From Callorhinchus milii (Eukaryota), in assembly GCF_018977255.1 (NCBI RefSeq), contig NW_024704743.1, positions 107,138,001 to 107,202,000 of the forward strand: a stretch of DNA of 64,000 nucleotides. Direction: 5' to 3'. This document shows, in pieces, positions 1-13,055 of the stretch. Position numbers and translations under genes: made by a program. The stretch's first letter is position 1. Every line of letters begins with the position of its first letter. The notes beneath the pieces are model-generated. The model ran no database searches. It was not told the DNA's origin and saw only the letters and a program-made list of their open reading frames with translations.

Positions 1-3000
1 AATCGTACAACAGGAGAGTCCAACGGAGTGAGGTGGGAACAGAGCGAAAAGGTATTGGGTGAGAGTGGAAATTCCTTGTTTATTAACTGAAATTTAAAAT
101 TTTAACTTAACAATAACAAGTGGCAGTTAACTGGTATTAGGTGTTAATTGCCAGCTGACCAGTTGGAACTTCTTCTGCCGGAAGGTTTATAAAGGGGAGA
201 ATTGCGAGAGTCGAGCAGAGAGCCCAAGAGAATAAGTGGAAATTAGGTCCTAAGTAACTACAAAATGAACTAATAAAATAAGTAGAAATGACAGCACAGG
301 CAGTGCGTCGGGAATGCAGTACGTGACAGTTTGTGGACTGTGAGACTGTCCCGTCTGCAGTAAATGTCTCTGGCTTGACACACTCCAGCTCAGAATCATT
401 GAGCTGGAGTGAGTTAGACACATTCTGACAAATAAGGAAGGGGAAGGAATTTCTGGATAGTTTTATCCAGAACTCAAGTCACACCCCAGAGGAAAGCACA
501 GGTACAGGAAGGGGAGGGTGTGACAGTCAGTGAGCAGGATAGCGGGAACCCAGGAGAGATAGAGAAAGAGGTCCCGCAGATACTGGTCCTGTCCAACAGG
601 TACAATGCACTTTATACCTGTGAGCCACAAGGAGAAAGACTGTGGGGAGGAGAGCCACAATGCAGACCAAGGCATCATGGAGCAGAAGGCTGTCCGAAGG
701 GGGAGGAGCAGAACAGAAATGTAATAATAATAATAATCCTTGCATTTGATATAGCGCTTTTCATGTCTTCTCGACGTCTCAAAGCGCTTCACAAAATATA
801 CTGTAAAGTGAATTGACTGTATATTTGTGGGCGAAATATGGCAGCCAATTGTGCACAGCAGTGTCCCACAAACAGTCGTGGATTGAAGTGACCAATTTTA
901 TTATTGTTTTTTTTTCTTGAGGGATTATTATCAGGCATGTGGAGAAAGGAAACTTGCCCAAGGTTTTTCCCTGCTGGGAATCAAACCCAGGTCTCTCGCT
1001 TGCGAGGCGAGTGCTCTAATGCTCTAACCACTGACCTACAGGACTCTTGTAGTAGTGATAGGGGATTCAATAGTTAGGGGCATAGATTGCATCCTTTGTA
1101 GCCACGAACGAGAGTGCTGAGGGTATGTGGCCAACCTGGATAAGGGATATCTCGAGGCGGCTGGAGAGGAATTTGGAAAGGGAGGGGGCAGATCCAGTCG
1201 TCATGATCCATGTTGGGATAAACAACACAGGTAAAAGACTGGATCTCAAGGCTAATAATCTCTGGATTATTACCTGAGTCATGTGCAACATGGAGTAGGG
1301 AGAAACAGATTACGAAAGTTAACACATGACTAAAGGATTGGTGTGGGAAAGAAGGGTTCCATTTCATGGGACACTGGCACCAGGTCTGGGACAGGAAGGG
1401 GGTGTCTTACCAGAAAGGATAAATGGAGCTGTGGCAAAGGCTTTAAGGTAGAAAATGGGGGGAGGGATCAGAATTAAATGACATAAGCCCAAATATAAAG
1501 GAAATGGGAGATGAGAGTATAGGTCAGACAAACAGGAGAACTGGAGACAATAATTCGTAGTGAGGAACCAGATGTATTAGGTATTACTGAAATATGGCTA
1601 CAGAAAAAACAGGTCTGGCACTTAAACATTGCAGGGCATAACATATCTAGAAAGGATAGAGATGGGAAAAAGGGCTGTGGAGTAGTTGTACTTATTAGGG
1701 ATAACATCATGGCAGTAGAAAAAAGGGATATGGCCATCAATAAAATAGAAACATAATCTGTGTGGATAGAGATAAAAGATAAGAAAGGATCGATCAGACA
1801 AATAGGGGTACTCTACAGACCACTTAATAGTAGAAGGGAGATAGAGGAAGAAATAAGCAACCAAATTAGGGAAATGAGTAAAAGACATACGATCATGGGG
1901 GATTTCAACTACCCCAAAATAAATTGTCTAGAAGAGATAGGTATAAGGGATAAGGAAATGGAGTTTCTTCAATGTGTACAGGACTCCTTTCTTACCCAGT
2001 ATGTAAGCGGCCCAACAAGGGCGGAATCACTACTGGATTTATTAATGGGAAATGAACCAGAGCAGATAAGAGAAGTAAGAATAGGGGAACATCTAGGCAA
2101 TAAGGACCATAACTTAATAAGGTTTAAGATAACGATTGAGAAAGACATGAAAATGACAAAGACCAGGGTAATAGATTGGAAAAAAAGCTGATTTTGAGGG
2201 GATGAGAACAGAACTTGGGGAAAATAAACTGGAAAACAATATTGGCAAACAAGGAGCTAGAGCAGCAGCGGGAAACATTTAAAATGGTGATCAATAGAGT
2301 CCAGGAGAAATATATTCCACTAAAAAACAAGATAAAGCTAAACAATAATGAGACTCTGTGAATGAATAAAAACATGAGGGCAAAGTTGAGATTGAGGAAA
2401 GAGGCATTCACTAAGTACATAAACAAGGGAGAGCATGACAGAAATAAATATGAGGAGATTAGCAAAGAAGTCAAAATAACAATTAGGAAGGCAAAGAGGA
2501 ATTATGAAACTAAATTATTAAGGAATATAAAAAGTAGTAGTAAAATATTCTACAGACATATAACTAAGAAAAGAAAAATCAAAATAGGAATAGGACCACT
2601 AAGATAAGCTCACAGGCAGCCACAGCGAAATGGCAGAAATATTGAACAATTACTTTGCCTCAGTATTTACCAGGAAGACGGATCAGGTAGACGTGACAGT
2701 AGAAGAGTAGATCAAAAAATATATAAATACATTTAAAATAAAAGGGGAGATAAGCAATAAACTGATCAAATTCAGGGAGGATAAAACCCCTGATTTGGAT
2801 GGATTGCATCCGCATATATTTTAAAAATCTAGGGAAGAGATAGCAGAGGCTATTGCATATATATAATTATTCATTAGAAAAGGGAGTAGTACCAGAGGAC
2901 TGGAGGATAGCTAATGTTATACCTATATTTAAAAAGGGAGAGAGAGAAAAGCCCAGGAAACTATAGATCTGTCAGCTTAACATCGGCGGTAGGAAAATAA

Positions 3001-4342
3001 TGGAATCCTTACTTGAAAGAGGTAATAGAAAAACATCTAGAAAACGAAAATATAAGAATAATCATTATGGATTTCAAAAAGGAAGGTCATGCTTGACCCT
3101 CCTCATTGAATTCTTTGAAGACATAACAAAAAGAGTAGACAAGGGTAATGCAGTAGATGTAATATATTTGGATTTCCAAAAGGCTTTCGATAAGGTACCA
3201 TATAATAGACTAATGAATAAGGTCAGAGCATGTGGAGTCAGGGAAAAATAGTAGAATGGATAGCAAGCTGGCTACAAGACAGAAAACAGAGAGTAGGAGT
3301 AAAGGGTAGCTATTCAGACTGGCAGAAGGTGGGAAGTGGTATTCCACAAGGGTTGGTATTGGGACCACTGTTGTTCACAATTTACATTATCGATTTGGAC
3401 TTGGGAATCGAAAGTACAAATTCAAAATTTGTGGACGACACCAAATTGGGAGGTGTAGTTAATACTGAGGAGGACTGCAAAAAATTACAAGACATTAATA
3501 AACTTGCTGAATGGACATTTAATTGGCAAATAAATTTCAATATAAGTGGGAGGTGGTACATTTTGAGGAATAAGGAGGTCACATATTGCCTGGAAAATAA
3601 GAATCTAAATGGGGTAGAGGAGCAAAGGGATCTAGGGCTACAGATACACAAATCGCTGAAAGTAGTGAGACAGGTTAATAAGGCCATTAAAAAAAAGCAA
3701 ACCAAGCGTTGGGGTTCATTTCTAGAGGGATTGAAATGAAAAGCAGAGAAGTTATGCTAAACATATATCGAAGTTTGATTAGACCACACTTGGAGTATTG
3801 TGAACAGTTTTGGTCCCCATATTAAAGAAATGATATAGAGACACTGGAGAAGGTGCAATGGAGATTTAAAAGGATGATACCGGAACTGCAAGATTATACC
3901 TCTCAGGAAAGGTTAAACAAGCTTGAGCTATTGTCTCTTGAAAAGAGAAGGGTGAAGGGTGACCTAACAGAGGTCTTTAAAATTATGAAACGTTTTGATA
4001 GGGTAGATATAAAGAAGATGTTTCCACTTGTGGGGGAGATCAAAACCAGGAGCCATCAATATAAAATAGTCACAAATAAATCAAATAGCAGAGTTAGAAG
4101 AAACTTCTTTAACCAGAGAGTGGTGGGAATGTGCAACTTGCTACCACAAGTAATAGCTGAGGCGAATAGCATAGATGCATTTAAGGGGAAGGTAGATAGG
4201 TATGAGGGAGAAAGGAACAGAAGGTTATGCTGATAGGCTTAGTTGAGGAAGGGCAGGAGGCTCATTGGAGCATAAACATCGGCATAGACCAGTTGGGCCA
4301 AATGGCCTGGTCTATTCTGTGTATTCTATGTAATTCTATGTA
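1..4342 (+). mobile_element. CR1-clade LINE, near full length, decayed (ORF1 with esterase-like motif; ORF2 APE endonuclease + reverse transcriptase)
   Basis: ORF1 remnants from ~288 (LRIIELE..; VVIGDSIVRGID at ~1050). ORF2 pieces GVLYRP, IMGDFNYP, LLDLLM, DHNLI, YLDFQKAFDKVP, GIPQGLVLGPLLF, KFVDDTKLGG. 3' tail attctatgt repeats at ~4313-4342. Many stops and frameshifts. Lies in NSMAF intron 10, antisense to the gene. Confidence 0.93.
722..1046 (-). mobile_element. tRNA-derived Deu-domain SINE inserted in CR1 ORF1
   Basis: Reverse complement of the family head GAGTCCTGTAG..., core CTGTTTGTGGGACACTGCTGTGCACAATTGGCTGCC, and (TTA)n tail. Interrupts RNV|VVIGDS of the CR1. Confidence 0.9.
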
Positions 4343-4844
4343 AAAAGAAATCTAGGAGGAGGGAATATAACTCCATGGAGGAGCAGGTACCACAACAGGA
4401 GCTAGCATTAGATAGGCTTGATGGACCATAAATAGCTGTATGCTGTAAATTCTATGAACGCATGATTTTTTTTCAAAGTCTTAAGATTTTACAACATTTT
4501 CAACACCAAAAACCATGAAGCAGAAACAGAAAATACATTAAAACACCCAGCCAAGTAAGTAAACATTTGCACAATAAGAAAATTATCTGTAGCACTGTTT
4601 ATTATCTGTAGCACTGTTTACTTATTTATCATTTTCCTTCAAGTATGATTGAGTTACATCAACTTCACTGTACATATGTTGTAAATTGCACAGACAAAGG
4701 GAGATCCTCTATCAATTGATAATATTTAAAAAAACGTCAGCTTCAAATTATAGTAAATTTTTTTACGTAATTCCTTTGTACTTTTTCTTAAAACTAATGT
4801 TGCATAGATCAAAAATATGTCATTGTGTTAATTTGTCTTTTGGC

Positions 4845-5200
4845 TTCACTCATATAGTCTAAGCTGACACTCCAATGCAGTATTTGGGATGTGCTGCATT
4901 GTTGAGATGCAATCCTTTGGATGAGATGTTAAATCGAGGCCATGTCTGCTTTTTCAAGTAGAAGTTAAAGGTCCCCTGGCTCTATTCGGAAACAGAATGG
5001 AGCTTCTCGCTCCAGTTGTCTTGGCCAGCAACCCCCCAAATAAATTCGCCATTCACTTCATGCTTGTTTGCATGACACTGCTGTGCGAAAATTGACTGCC
5101 AAATTCACCCACAAAGCACATAGTTGCTACACTTTACAGTATAGCAGGTGAAGCACTTTGAGACGTCCTGTTGAGTTGAAAGACGCTTTACACCAAATGT
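4845..5200 (+). mobile_element. Old DeuSINE (SacSINE1/AmnSINE1-like), diverged
   Basis: GGATGAGATGTTAAATCGAGGCC...AAAGGTCCCCTGGC...CTGCTGTGCGAAAATTGACTGCC plus an L2-type tail. Similar diverged copies at ~10220-10380 + 11740-11850, 13505-13860(-), 30170-30455, 31610-31870, 36890-37230 and 51440-51690. Confidence 0.7.
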
Positions 5201-5410
5201 AAGGATTCTTATTGCAACATATCCTAAAATAACTAAGTGTCATCAGACGCTCAGTGAAAGGATTCTCTACATATTTCTTTTGAAATGTGCGATTTTTAAA
5301 ATATTTAGTAAGTTCATTAACAGAACAATGGGCAACTAATTGCCCCAAAACACACAATCTTCAAAATAAATATAATACAACAAAAGATTACATTTGTATA
5401 GCGCCTTTCA

Positions 5411-5701
<291 letters not shown>

Positions 5702-5999
5702 TCAGAAAATAGATAAAAGATGCTTTAACTGCCATTAAATTCCCACTTTGTAGGATTAGAAGATGGCAATTATGATAAAGTCATACCAAGATTAGAAGTT
5801 ATGCGCTTGACAAGCTTCACTAAAGTAGCACCTCAGCACCTCTACAAAAGAGTTATAGGAATTGAATTTTAAACAGGAAAAGTCAGCAACACAGAAAAGC
5901 AGGAATAGGCCAGAAAAGATGTGATACATGAAGAAAACAGGGCAAGGAAAACTGTGAAGAATGATGGAGAATATAAGACCCAGTGAAGTTTAGCAGAGT

Positions 6000-6650
6000 G
6001 ATCAAATGTGTTGCTAATAAATTTCAGAGTAATTAAGTGTAAAACATAGATTATATATTTTCGGGGGGGGGGATGGGTGTGGATTATAGAATGGAAATAC
6101 CATCAGAATGGCAAAACTATCAAATATGGAGAAATGGAAAGATATGGGTTACAATCAAATACACATCGTTAAAAGTGGGACAGCAGATGGGAAAACACAA
6201 AAGGAATATTAGGTTTTACATAAAGAAGCAATGAACACAAAATAAAGAGTTGCTGTTTACTCTTGGCAAGACACTGGCTATGTTGCAGCTGGAGTATTGT
6301 TTGTGCACACCCAAATATAAAATATCATGGCCACTGAGAGGAAAATACTAAAGATGCAAGGATTATACTGTAGTTATGAAAAAAGACTTTGAAACAGCTT
6401 GTCTAGATTCACTGGGGCAAATGATTCATACAGGATCTAATAAGTGTTCAGAATTATGAAAGGGATTGAGAGGGTAAATTATGAGATTATTTCCACTGGT
6501 TGGTGAATCAGCATCAAGGGCCATAAACTCAAGATCATTACTGGAAATATAAAAAGCGAGATAAGAAGTAATGCTTTTTACACAAAGGATTACCAGCATG
6601 TGGAACACATTACATGTGGTTATTGAAGCAGCATCAATACTATTTAAAAT
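6000..6650 (+). mobile_element. Degraded CR1 3' fragment
   Basis: Similar to the C-terminal ORF2 of the 1-4342 element (ctggagtattgt, aattatgaaaggg, tttccactggt, tggaac). Confidence 0.6.
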
Positions 6651-6960
6651 GGAATTTTTTTTTGTTAGTTAGGTCAAATAACAGCATTCAATTAACATGC
6701 CAATCACATACACAGTTTACTATCTACTAAAACAAAACTACGGCGCAGTACTGTTATAATGTAATCTTCTTTATAGCATCAAGTTAATAATAATGCGGTT
6801 GCACTATGTAAATCATTCACTGCACTTGCATTCAGACACACACCGGTCTGCTTTGCACTAAAATAGCCGACTTCAGATCATCAGGATGCCCGCAATGTCA
6901 CTTTCTGATTCAGGCATATAGGAAGTGGCACTGGCAGTGACATAGTGAGCTAGACGCAAG

Positions 6961-7146
6961 ACCTTTCTCTTTGACCGTGCCTTCAGCTCCCTTCTCGACT
7001 CTCTACCCACTCCTCGCTCCCTCCCTTCCCTCCCCTCACCCTGACCATTTCCCCCCTGCTCGGGTCCTGACCCAACTGTCCAGCGCCTTGGGACATCCTC
7101 CCGACATGAAAGGCGCTCTATAAATCAAATTTTGTTGTTGTTGTTA
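6961..7146 (+). mobile_element. L2 LINE 3' end, 5'-truncated
   Basis: Matches the 3' UTR of the copies at 40953-41910 and 50671-51220; ends in a stem-loop plus (TTG)n. Confidence 0.85.
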
Positions 7147-7279
7147 ATGCGGGTACCGGCTGCTAAAGCGAGCCAAAGGGCTGCGTGCACGCACAGTAAA
7201 ACCAGATATTACTATAGTGCATCTAGGGATTTTATGTATCCCAACCACAATGTAATAACAAGTATATTCTGTATCTTAC

Positions 7280-7332
7280 CTGTTTTTATCAAATGAAGTC
7301 CGAGCCAATCGAGACTGCAAGATGGCTGTGAT
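7280..7332 (-). CDS. NSMAF: NSMAF coding exon 9
   Basis: aatttag| ... |gtaaga; 53 nt; ITAILQSRLARTSFDKN(R). Confidence 0.96.
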
Positions 7333-7619
7333 CTAAATTATAGCAAAGACAGATATATGGAGTCATTACACAGAATAGACACAAGTAGATGTCAGCTATA
7401 TCAAATGCAACGATTATTATAATGACAAATAAGACAAATGCAATAAGCTAAAATTAAAGCTTTGTACCGGGGGGGGGTTAGAGCAAATTCGTTGGCTGAT
7501 TTTCATCCAATTTTGAAATTTAATTCAATTCAACATAAATATAAGGATTCTGAGCTGGGATTGGATAGGAGGGGCTGATGGGAAGAGAATGAATGCATCT
7601 TTGTTCAGAAAACACTTAC

Positions 7620-7667
7620 CATAGCAGTCTGGTCTGCCATCTTGTCCAGCTGAGAAGCTCTGTGAAG
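7620..7667 (-). CDS. NSMAF: NSMAF coding exon 8
   Basis: tttcatag| ... |gtaagt; 48 nt; LHRASQLDKMADQTAM matches FAN LHRASCLDKLGDQTAM. Confidence 0.95.
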
Positions 7668-7942
7668 CTATGAAAGGAATATATATATATTATATAATAT
7701 AGTAACAATTTCAGGAGAAAGTTTGATGTACACCTAGAGATTATGCTATTCTGACCAATAATATTTTTGATATTTGATATAAACACTGCAGTAGGTAGAT
7801 GGAAATTATAATTAGTCCCAGAGCACACTAGACTTTGGGCACAACTCCTGTGATGGGGTGTTGAGGTGGGGTAGAGTCATATCCCTGGACAATGTCACGT
7901 TACAGAAAACAACTCAGAAAATTACAGTACACAATATTTTAC

Positions 7943-8014
7943 CTGGAGTAAGCTCTGTATGGCATCTTGTGCTTTTGAAGTGTTCTCTATCTTGAAGACA
8001 TAATCCTTCTTCCC
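7943..8014 (-). CDS. NSMAF: NSMAF coding exon 7
   Basis: aaaccag| ... CAG|gtaaaa; 72 nt; GKKDYVFKIENTSKAQDAIQSLLQ. Confidence 0.9.
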
Positions 8015-10011
8015 CTGGTTTTAAAACAAGGTCAAGTTATATAATAATTGAATTTATTTTACAATAGTGCATCCATTAAATTAGCAAACAAAAATAAGAT
8101 CTTCAATGCTGAATGAATAAAAGCTGAACAAGAACACTTATGAAAATTACTTATTGCTTTAAGGCTCAAAATAACTGGGGGTTAACTTCCTCTTTTGTAT
8201 TCATAAGAAAATGTGCTTTTTTTAAAAAAAATGCAAGCTTCAGCCATGCATCCAGTTGTTCACACAATTTGTGCCCATGATCACGAATAACCTGAGCATA
8301 TAAGAGTCAACTCTAACGATTGGATTATTATATATCTCTATTGATTCATTCTTTCAGTTAGTTAGTACACTGAATCAGTGCTTGGCTAAAAGTCTATTCC
8401 CTTTCAGCTTCTTTGTCTCCCCTCTAAAATGTGTTCCCATCTTAATTCCCCATTACACAGAGAAATTAAAATAAAAAAGTGGCCAACAGGGTAAATTAAG
8501 TGCATTACAGATCAAGCGCTCTGGGACGCTACCCTGCATGAAGCAATATAAATGCAAATTGTTGTTGTTTAGAAATGGCAATAAATAATATGGATTCAAA
8601 TGTCTCACTCTCTGATACTCGATTGCGGAATCCCTTTGACTTGACCGGTCGCTCACCTCCTTCAAGGTCCGCCTCAACTGCTTCAATGTGCTTAAAAAAA
8701 ATCTTTGATTGCAGCCATCTTTCCCCCGCCCCCCACAACCTCCTGCCCCTTCCAGCTCCAGCACAAACCCTGGATTGTCCAACAACTTGGGACATTCTCT
8801 TTGTGTGAAACATGTTATATAAATGTAAATTTGTATTGGATTGTTCATTCAAATTGAAAGCGCAAAAATGCAGATGAGCAGTGTTACATTACAGGTCCCC
8901 ACATCATGCAGAAAATCAGACTCAGTCCCACTAAATCACTCCACATAATCTCTTCGGTCAGTTCCATGAATTTTCTCAGTTCTCAATTTCCTTCATATAT
9001 ATCCCATTCACAAGATTTTCAGGATATATTATGTAACAAAACAAAATAGAAGGCGGTTATTTGCAACACCTCTTCATCCTCTCCTACAAAAGAAGCTGTC
9101 TGTAACTCGACTTACAAACATAATTTGTTGTTGTTGTTGAAAGGTTTAAATCTCACCGTGTAAACAGTTTGTGAAGCACTTTCCACATAGCCCCACACTG
9201 TAGCCACTAAGAACTGGAACATTGGATTTTATCAAACTAGAAATGAGCTGCCTCTAGTCTTGATCAATACAAGATAAATATAGTCATATAGCTGGAGAAG
9301 TGAGCTGAAGTAGAATGTAATTGGTTGTTGTAGTGACCCTAGACTTCTTCATCTAAGCTGGTCTAACTGGTTCCTGTCATGTGAAATGGCTGATGGTCAA
9401 GATGTTCACCAGATCACAAAAAAGGTTTGGATGAAATAAGCCCTTCGGCCCATTTTGACCTCATCCTTTCATTTAAAATAAAATGGGTTCAATTTAACAA
9501 AAACACATGGAGGCCAAAAAGGTTATTCATTCCAGTCTTGAAAATGTGCTTAAAAAAACTTGAATATTAAAAACAAACAAGAAAAGTTAAAATTTAACTT
9601 CAACTTATCCTTACTACTTTATCATTTTCTACTTATTTTAACCATGTGTAGATGGACTAAATTTATAGTAATATCCCAGACTGAGACATTTGAAAGACTG
9701 GTGTCCGTTCCTTTTTACTTTGATGCAGAAATACGTATAGTCAAAGGCATTATTTTTATAAACAATTTCAAAAGCAACTGCAACAATCCTATGATAAGAT
9801 CTGATTTGCAAACGAAAATGCCTTGCAAGGAATCATAAGCAAACCAGACTCCAAATACAATGTCTCCATGCTGCAGGCATTTACACATTAATTGAGGTTA
9901 AATACATCTCTTTCTTTAACATGATTATAATTAGTCTGACTCGGATATGAAATTCATATGAAATTCAATCCTTTATTAAAATAAAATAAACTGGGAAAAC
10001 CATTAACCTAC

Positions 10012-10062
10012 CCTTTCAATTTTATATGGAGCCACTATGCAATGTTCTTTGATTAAACAGAT
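10012..10062 (-). CDS. NSMAF: NSMAF coding exon 6
   Basis: ctttttag| ... |gtaggt; 51 nt; ICLIKEHCIVAPYKIER matches FAN IKEHNVVAPYKIER. Confidence 0.95.
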
Positions 10063-10380
10063 CTAAAAAGAAAAAGAGATCAAAGTTACTGACAAAAGAT
10101 GCAAAAATTCACAGTGCAAAATGAGAACAGTATTGTCTAACTTCAAAAGTAAAATCATATAAATATGATTTTATTCACTGGTAGTTTAACATTCAGTGGT
10201 GTGATTCTATCCATCAAAGTTGATATATAATTAAACTGAGGTCCAGCCTGTCTGCCTGTTCAGGTGGAGGTCAAAGACTGCACACACTATTTGAAAAAGA
10301 GGGTTCATCCTCCAAATAAAATGGGTCATCTGTTTCAAGGCTGATTGTGGGATATTGCTGTAAACAACTCGGCTGCCACC

Positions 10381-11739
10381 TGTTGAAATATACCGACTAT
10401 CACCTCAGGGTGCCTTGGTATATTTTAAACAGTAATCGAATGTTCCAGAAGGTTTGATAGTTAAATGGTTAAAAGTAGCTTTGCTGGACGGGCTGAGGTC
10501 AGTTTCTGATTACATTTCATATGTGGAGTCCTGTAGCTCAGTGGTTAGAGCGCACTCGCTTTGCAAGCGAGAGACCTGGGTTCAATTCCAGGCAGGGCGA
10601 AACCTTGGGCAAGTTTCCTTACTCCACACGCCTAATAATAATCCCTCCAAAACCAAAAACAATAATAAAAATTGGTCTTTTTCAATCTACGACTGTTTGT
10701 GGGACATTGCTGCGCGCAATTGGCTGCCGCGTTCGCCCACAAATATACAGTCAATTCACTTTACAGTGTGTTCTGTGAAGCGCTTTGGGACGTCCTCCCG
10801 ACGTGAAAAGGGCTATATCAAACGCAAGGATTATTATTATTATTGAGCATTGATTTAAGAACAATGGGCCACAGAAAGAAAAGGCTGCAGCCTCAGACAG
10901 CTGCCTATCTCAAGGCTGAGAAAAAAGCAGACTGTGGAAGACTGCCCAGAACTTGTCCATATCTCTCTCTGTGCAAAGCAGCCTACGAAGGGTGGGGGCT
11001 ATCTCTGTGACCAGGGGAAGTGGAGTTAGAAACACATAAAAGAAAGATGTAACTTTGAAATAGTTGGGAGTTTGTGTAGAGGGTCAGCACACTTCGATAT
11101 TGATTCTACTGCATCTATGTATACGTACAGGGGTGAGGGAATTTACCTCCAGTAAGAAAGTGACCATTAAAAGTGAAAGAGGAGTAGTGGGTAATATGGT
11201 TTTGGTTCTGTTTGCTAGGCAGAGAAGCAATAACAATAGTAGTAGTTGGTCCAGGGAAACCCAGAAGTCAGGTTAGGCAGTACGAGTTAAGTGCTGGGCT
11301 AATAGTTGGTTGTGTGTTGAGTTTAGCAGAGCTACTCTCCATGATTTGTTACCGTTGTCGATTGAATATTGCTGTGTATGGTTGGTTCCAAGGGTTTACC
11401 GGACGCCAGTCCCTGTTTAGTGTTGGTATTACGAGAATCAGTTGTCTCTGAGGGGTATTTCCAGGGGCTGATCTCTCCAGTGTATGTCAAGGTGTGATCC
11501 CAAGTCTACTGTTTAGTCTGGAGTACAAAACAATGCTTGGATATGTGTTGTCATCCCTGTATCGTCAGTAGTACTGATTGGTCTGGAGTATGGAACAGTG
11601 TCTGGATACTTCTGGATACATATATCTGTGCTGTATTATTATTATTATTGTGTTGTATGTCATAAAGTTAATTGTACTTTACTGTTTGTTTAATAAAATA
11701 AACACTATACTCTTACCACCACTTGTCGAATTATTAACA
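10381..11739 (+). mobile_element. Solo LTR (~1.04 kb after removing the nested SINE)
   Basis: Starts TGTTGA and ends TTAACA, with a 4-bp TSD CACC (10377-10380 / 11740-11743). AATAAA near the 3' end. Splits an older SINE exactly within GGCTGCCACC|TTCGCCTACAAA. Confidence 0.75.
10525..10843 (+). mobile_element. Young tRNA-derived DeuSINE nested in the solo LTR
   Basis: Full head with A-box TAGCTCAGTGG and B-box GGTTCAATTCC, Deu core, stem-loop tail and (TTA)n. Confidence 0.92.
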
Positions 11740-12436
11740 CACCTTCGCCTACAAACAGTCACTCCACTTTACAGTAAATCACGTGAAGCACTTTAGGACG
11801 TCCTCCCTCCTGAAAGGTGCTTTACCAAATGCAAGGATTATAATGATAATATATCTTCCACTGAATTACTTCTAAAAGAACTTTGGTTCCATTCTGCAAA
11901 AATAAATCCGTTTAAGGGAACAAGTAGTTCTGCATTATGATTGGAAGTACAACTTTTGTCAGTGTTGAAGTTCTCCCTTAAAACAATCTTTGACAGAATG
12001 AGGAAGGGTGCTCAGGGTAGGGACCATGGGAAGTTGCAATGGTGTTTTCACATTAATCTAAATTCAGAGTTGCACCAACTTCCAGAAAGAGATCAAGTCA
12101 AACAGCATCTTAGATGATAATAGTTTGTCCAAGTAGCCTGAAATCCCAATCACCATTATGCAAAAGAACCTTATGCAATTAATGGAATACCTCCCATTAT
12201 ATTCAAAGGCACTACTGAGTATAATGGGACACTCAAAGACCTTTAATTTTCAGAGTTCATCAATTAAATCGCAAGAAACATGCTGTATCTTTTCTGTGAA
12301 AAAAAACAAGTGAGGGACCAGACAAGTTCACAAATAGAATTTTTCCTTCTGACAAGTAAGTAGGCAGAATCAAAGAGAATCAAGTTCTGTAATACTGAGA
12401 GCGTGTGGGGCAAAAGGAGCAATTTCCTGCTCCACC

Positions 12437-12753
12437 GGAGTCCTGTAGCTCAGTGGTTAGAGCACTCGCCTTGCAAGCGAGACACTGTGTTCAATTCCAG
12501 GCAGGGCGAAACCTTGGGCAAGTTTCCTTACTCCACACGCCTAATAATAATCCCTCCAAAACAAAACAATTAATAAATTGGTCAGTTTCAATCCACGACT
12601 GTTTGTGGGACACTGCTGTGCGCAATTGGCTGCCACGTTTTGCCCACAAATATACAGTTAATTCAGTTTACAGCATATTCTGTGAAGCGCTTTGAGACGT
12701 CTAGAAGACATGAAAAGCACTATATCAAATGCAAGGATTATTATTACTATTAT
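12437..12753 (+). mobile_element. Young tRNA-derived DeuSINE
   Basis: Same family as 10525-10843. Confidence 0.92.
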
Positions 12754-12799
12754 CATTACCAAGGTTCAGATAAGAAATGTACAAACCACTTGATTTCAT

Positions 12800-13055
12800 C
12801 CTTCCTCAACACTAACCCGCTTTGTTTCAATTACAGCGCCAAGCCATTTTCGTAAATGAGTTCAGTGTTCTGGTCTCTACCGCTGTTCCTGGTAACCCAG
12901 TCCAACTAATGGATTATTTTATGGGTAAAGATGTAATTCTAGGTTCTGTGTTGTTTACGGCAATTTCCCGCCATCAGCCTTGAAACAAATGCCCTTCATA
13001 ACCTTCAACGTCTTCATAACTTTGAAACAAATGCCCTTCATAACCTTGAACTTCT
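12800..13055 (-). mobile_element. Degraded CR1 3' fragment with an internal tandem duplication
   Basis: Minus strand GGTTACCAGGAAC...CCAGAACACTGAACTCATTT resembles the CR1 3' region at ~43770-43820; TTGAAACAAATGCCCTTCATAACCTT occurs twice. Confidence 0.55.

Noticed and set aside
6722..7226. Possible Helitron (TCTACTAAAAC start, TGCGTGCACGCA palindrome, CTAG end)
   Set aside because: The palindrome is ~25-30 bp from CTAG, the right flank is not T, and there is no second copy in the window; too weak to call.
10527..10600. tRNA-Ala(TGC)-like cloverleaf (also at ~12440, 18410, 23486, 51335-51405 and 59376)
   Set aside because: Each is the head of a SINE followed by the Deu core and tail; the acceptor and T stems are imperfect and the anticodon varies between copies.
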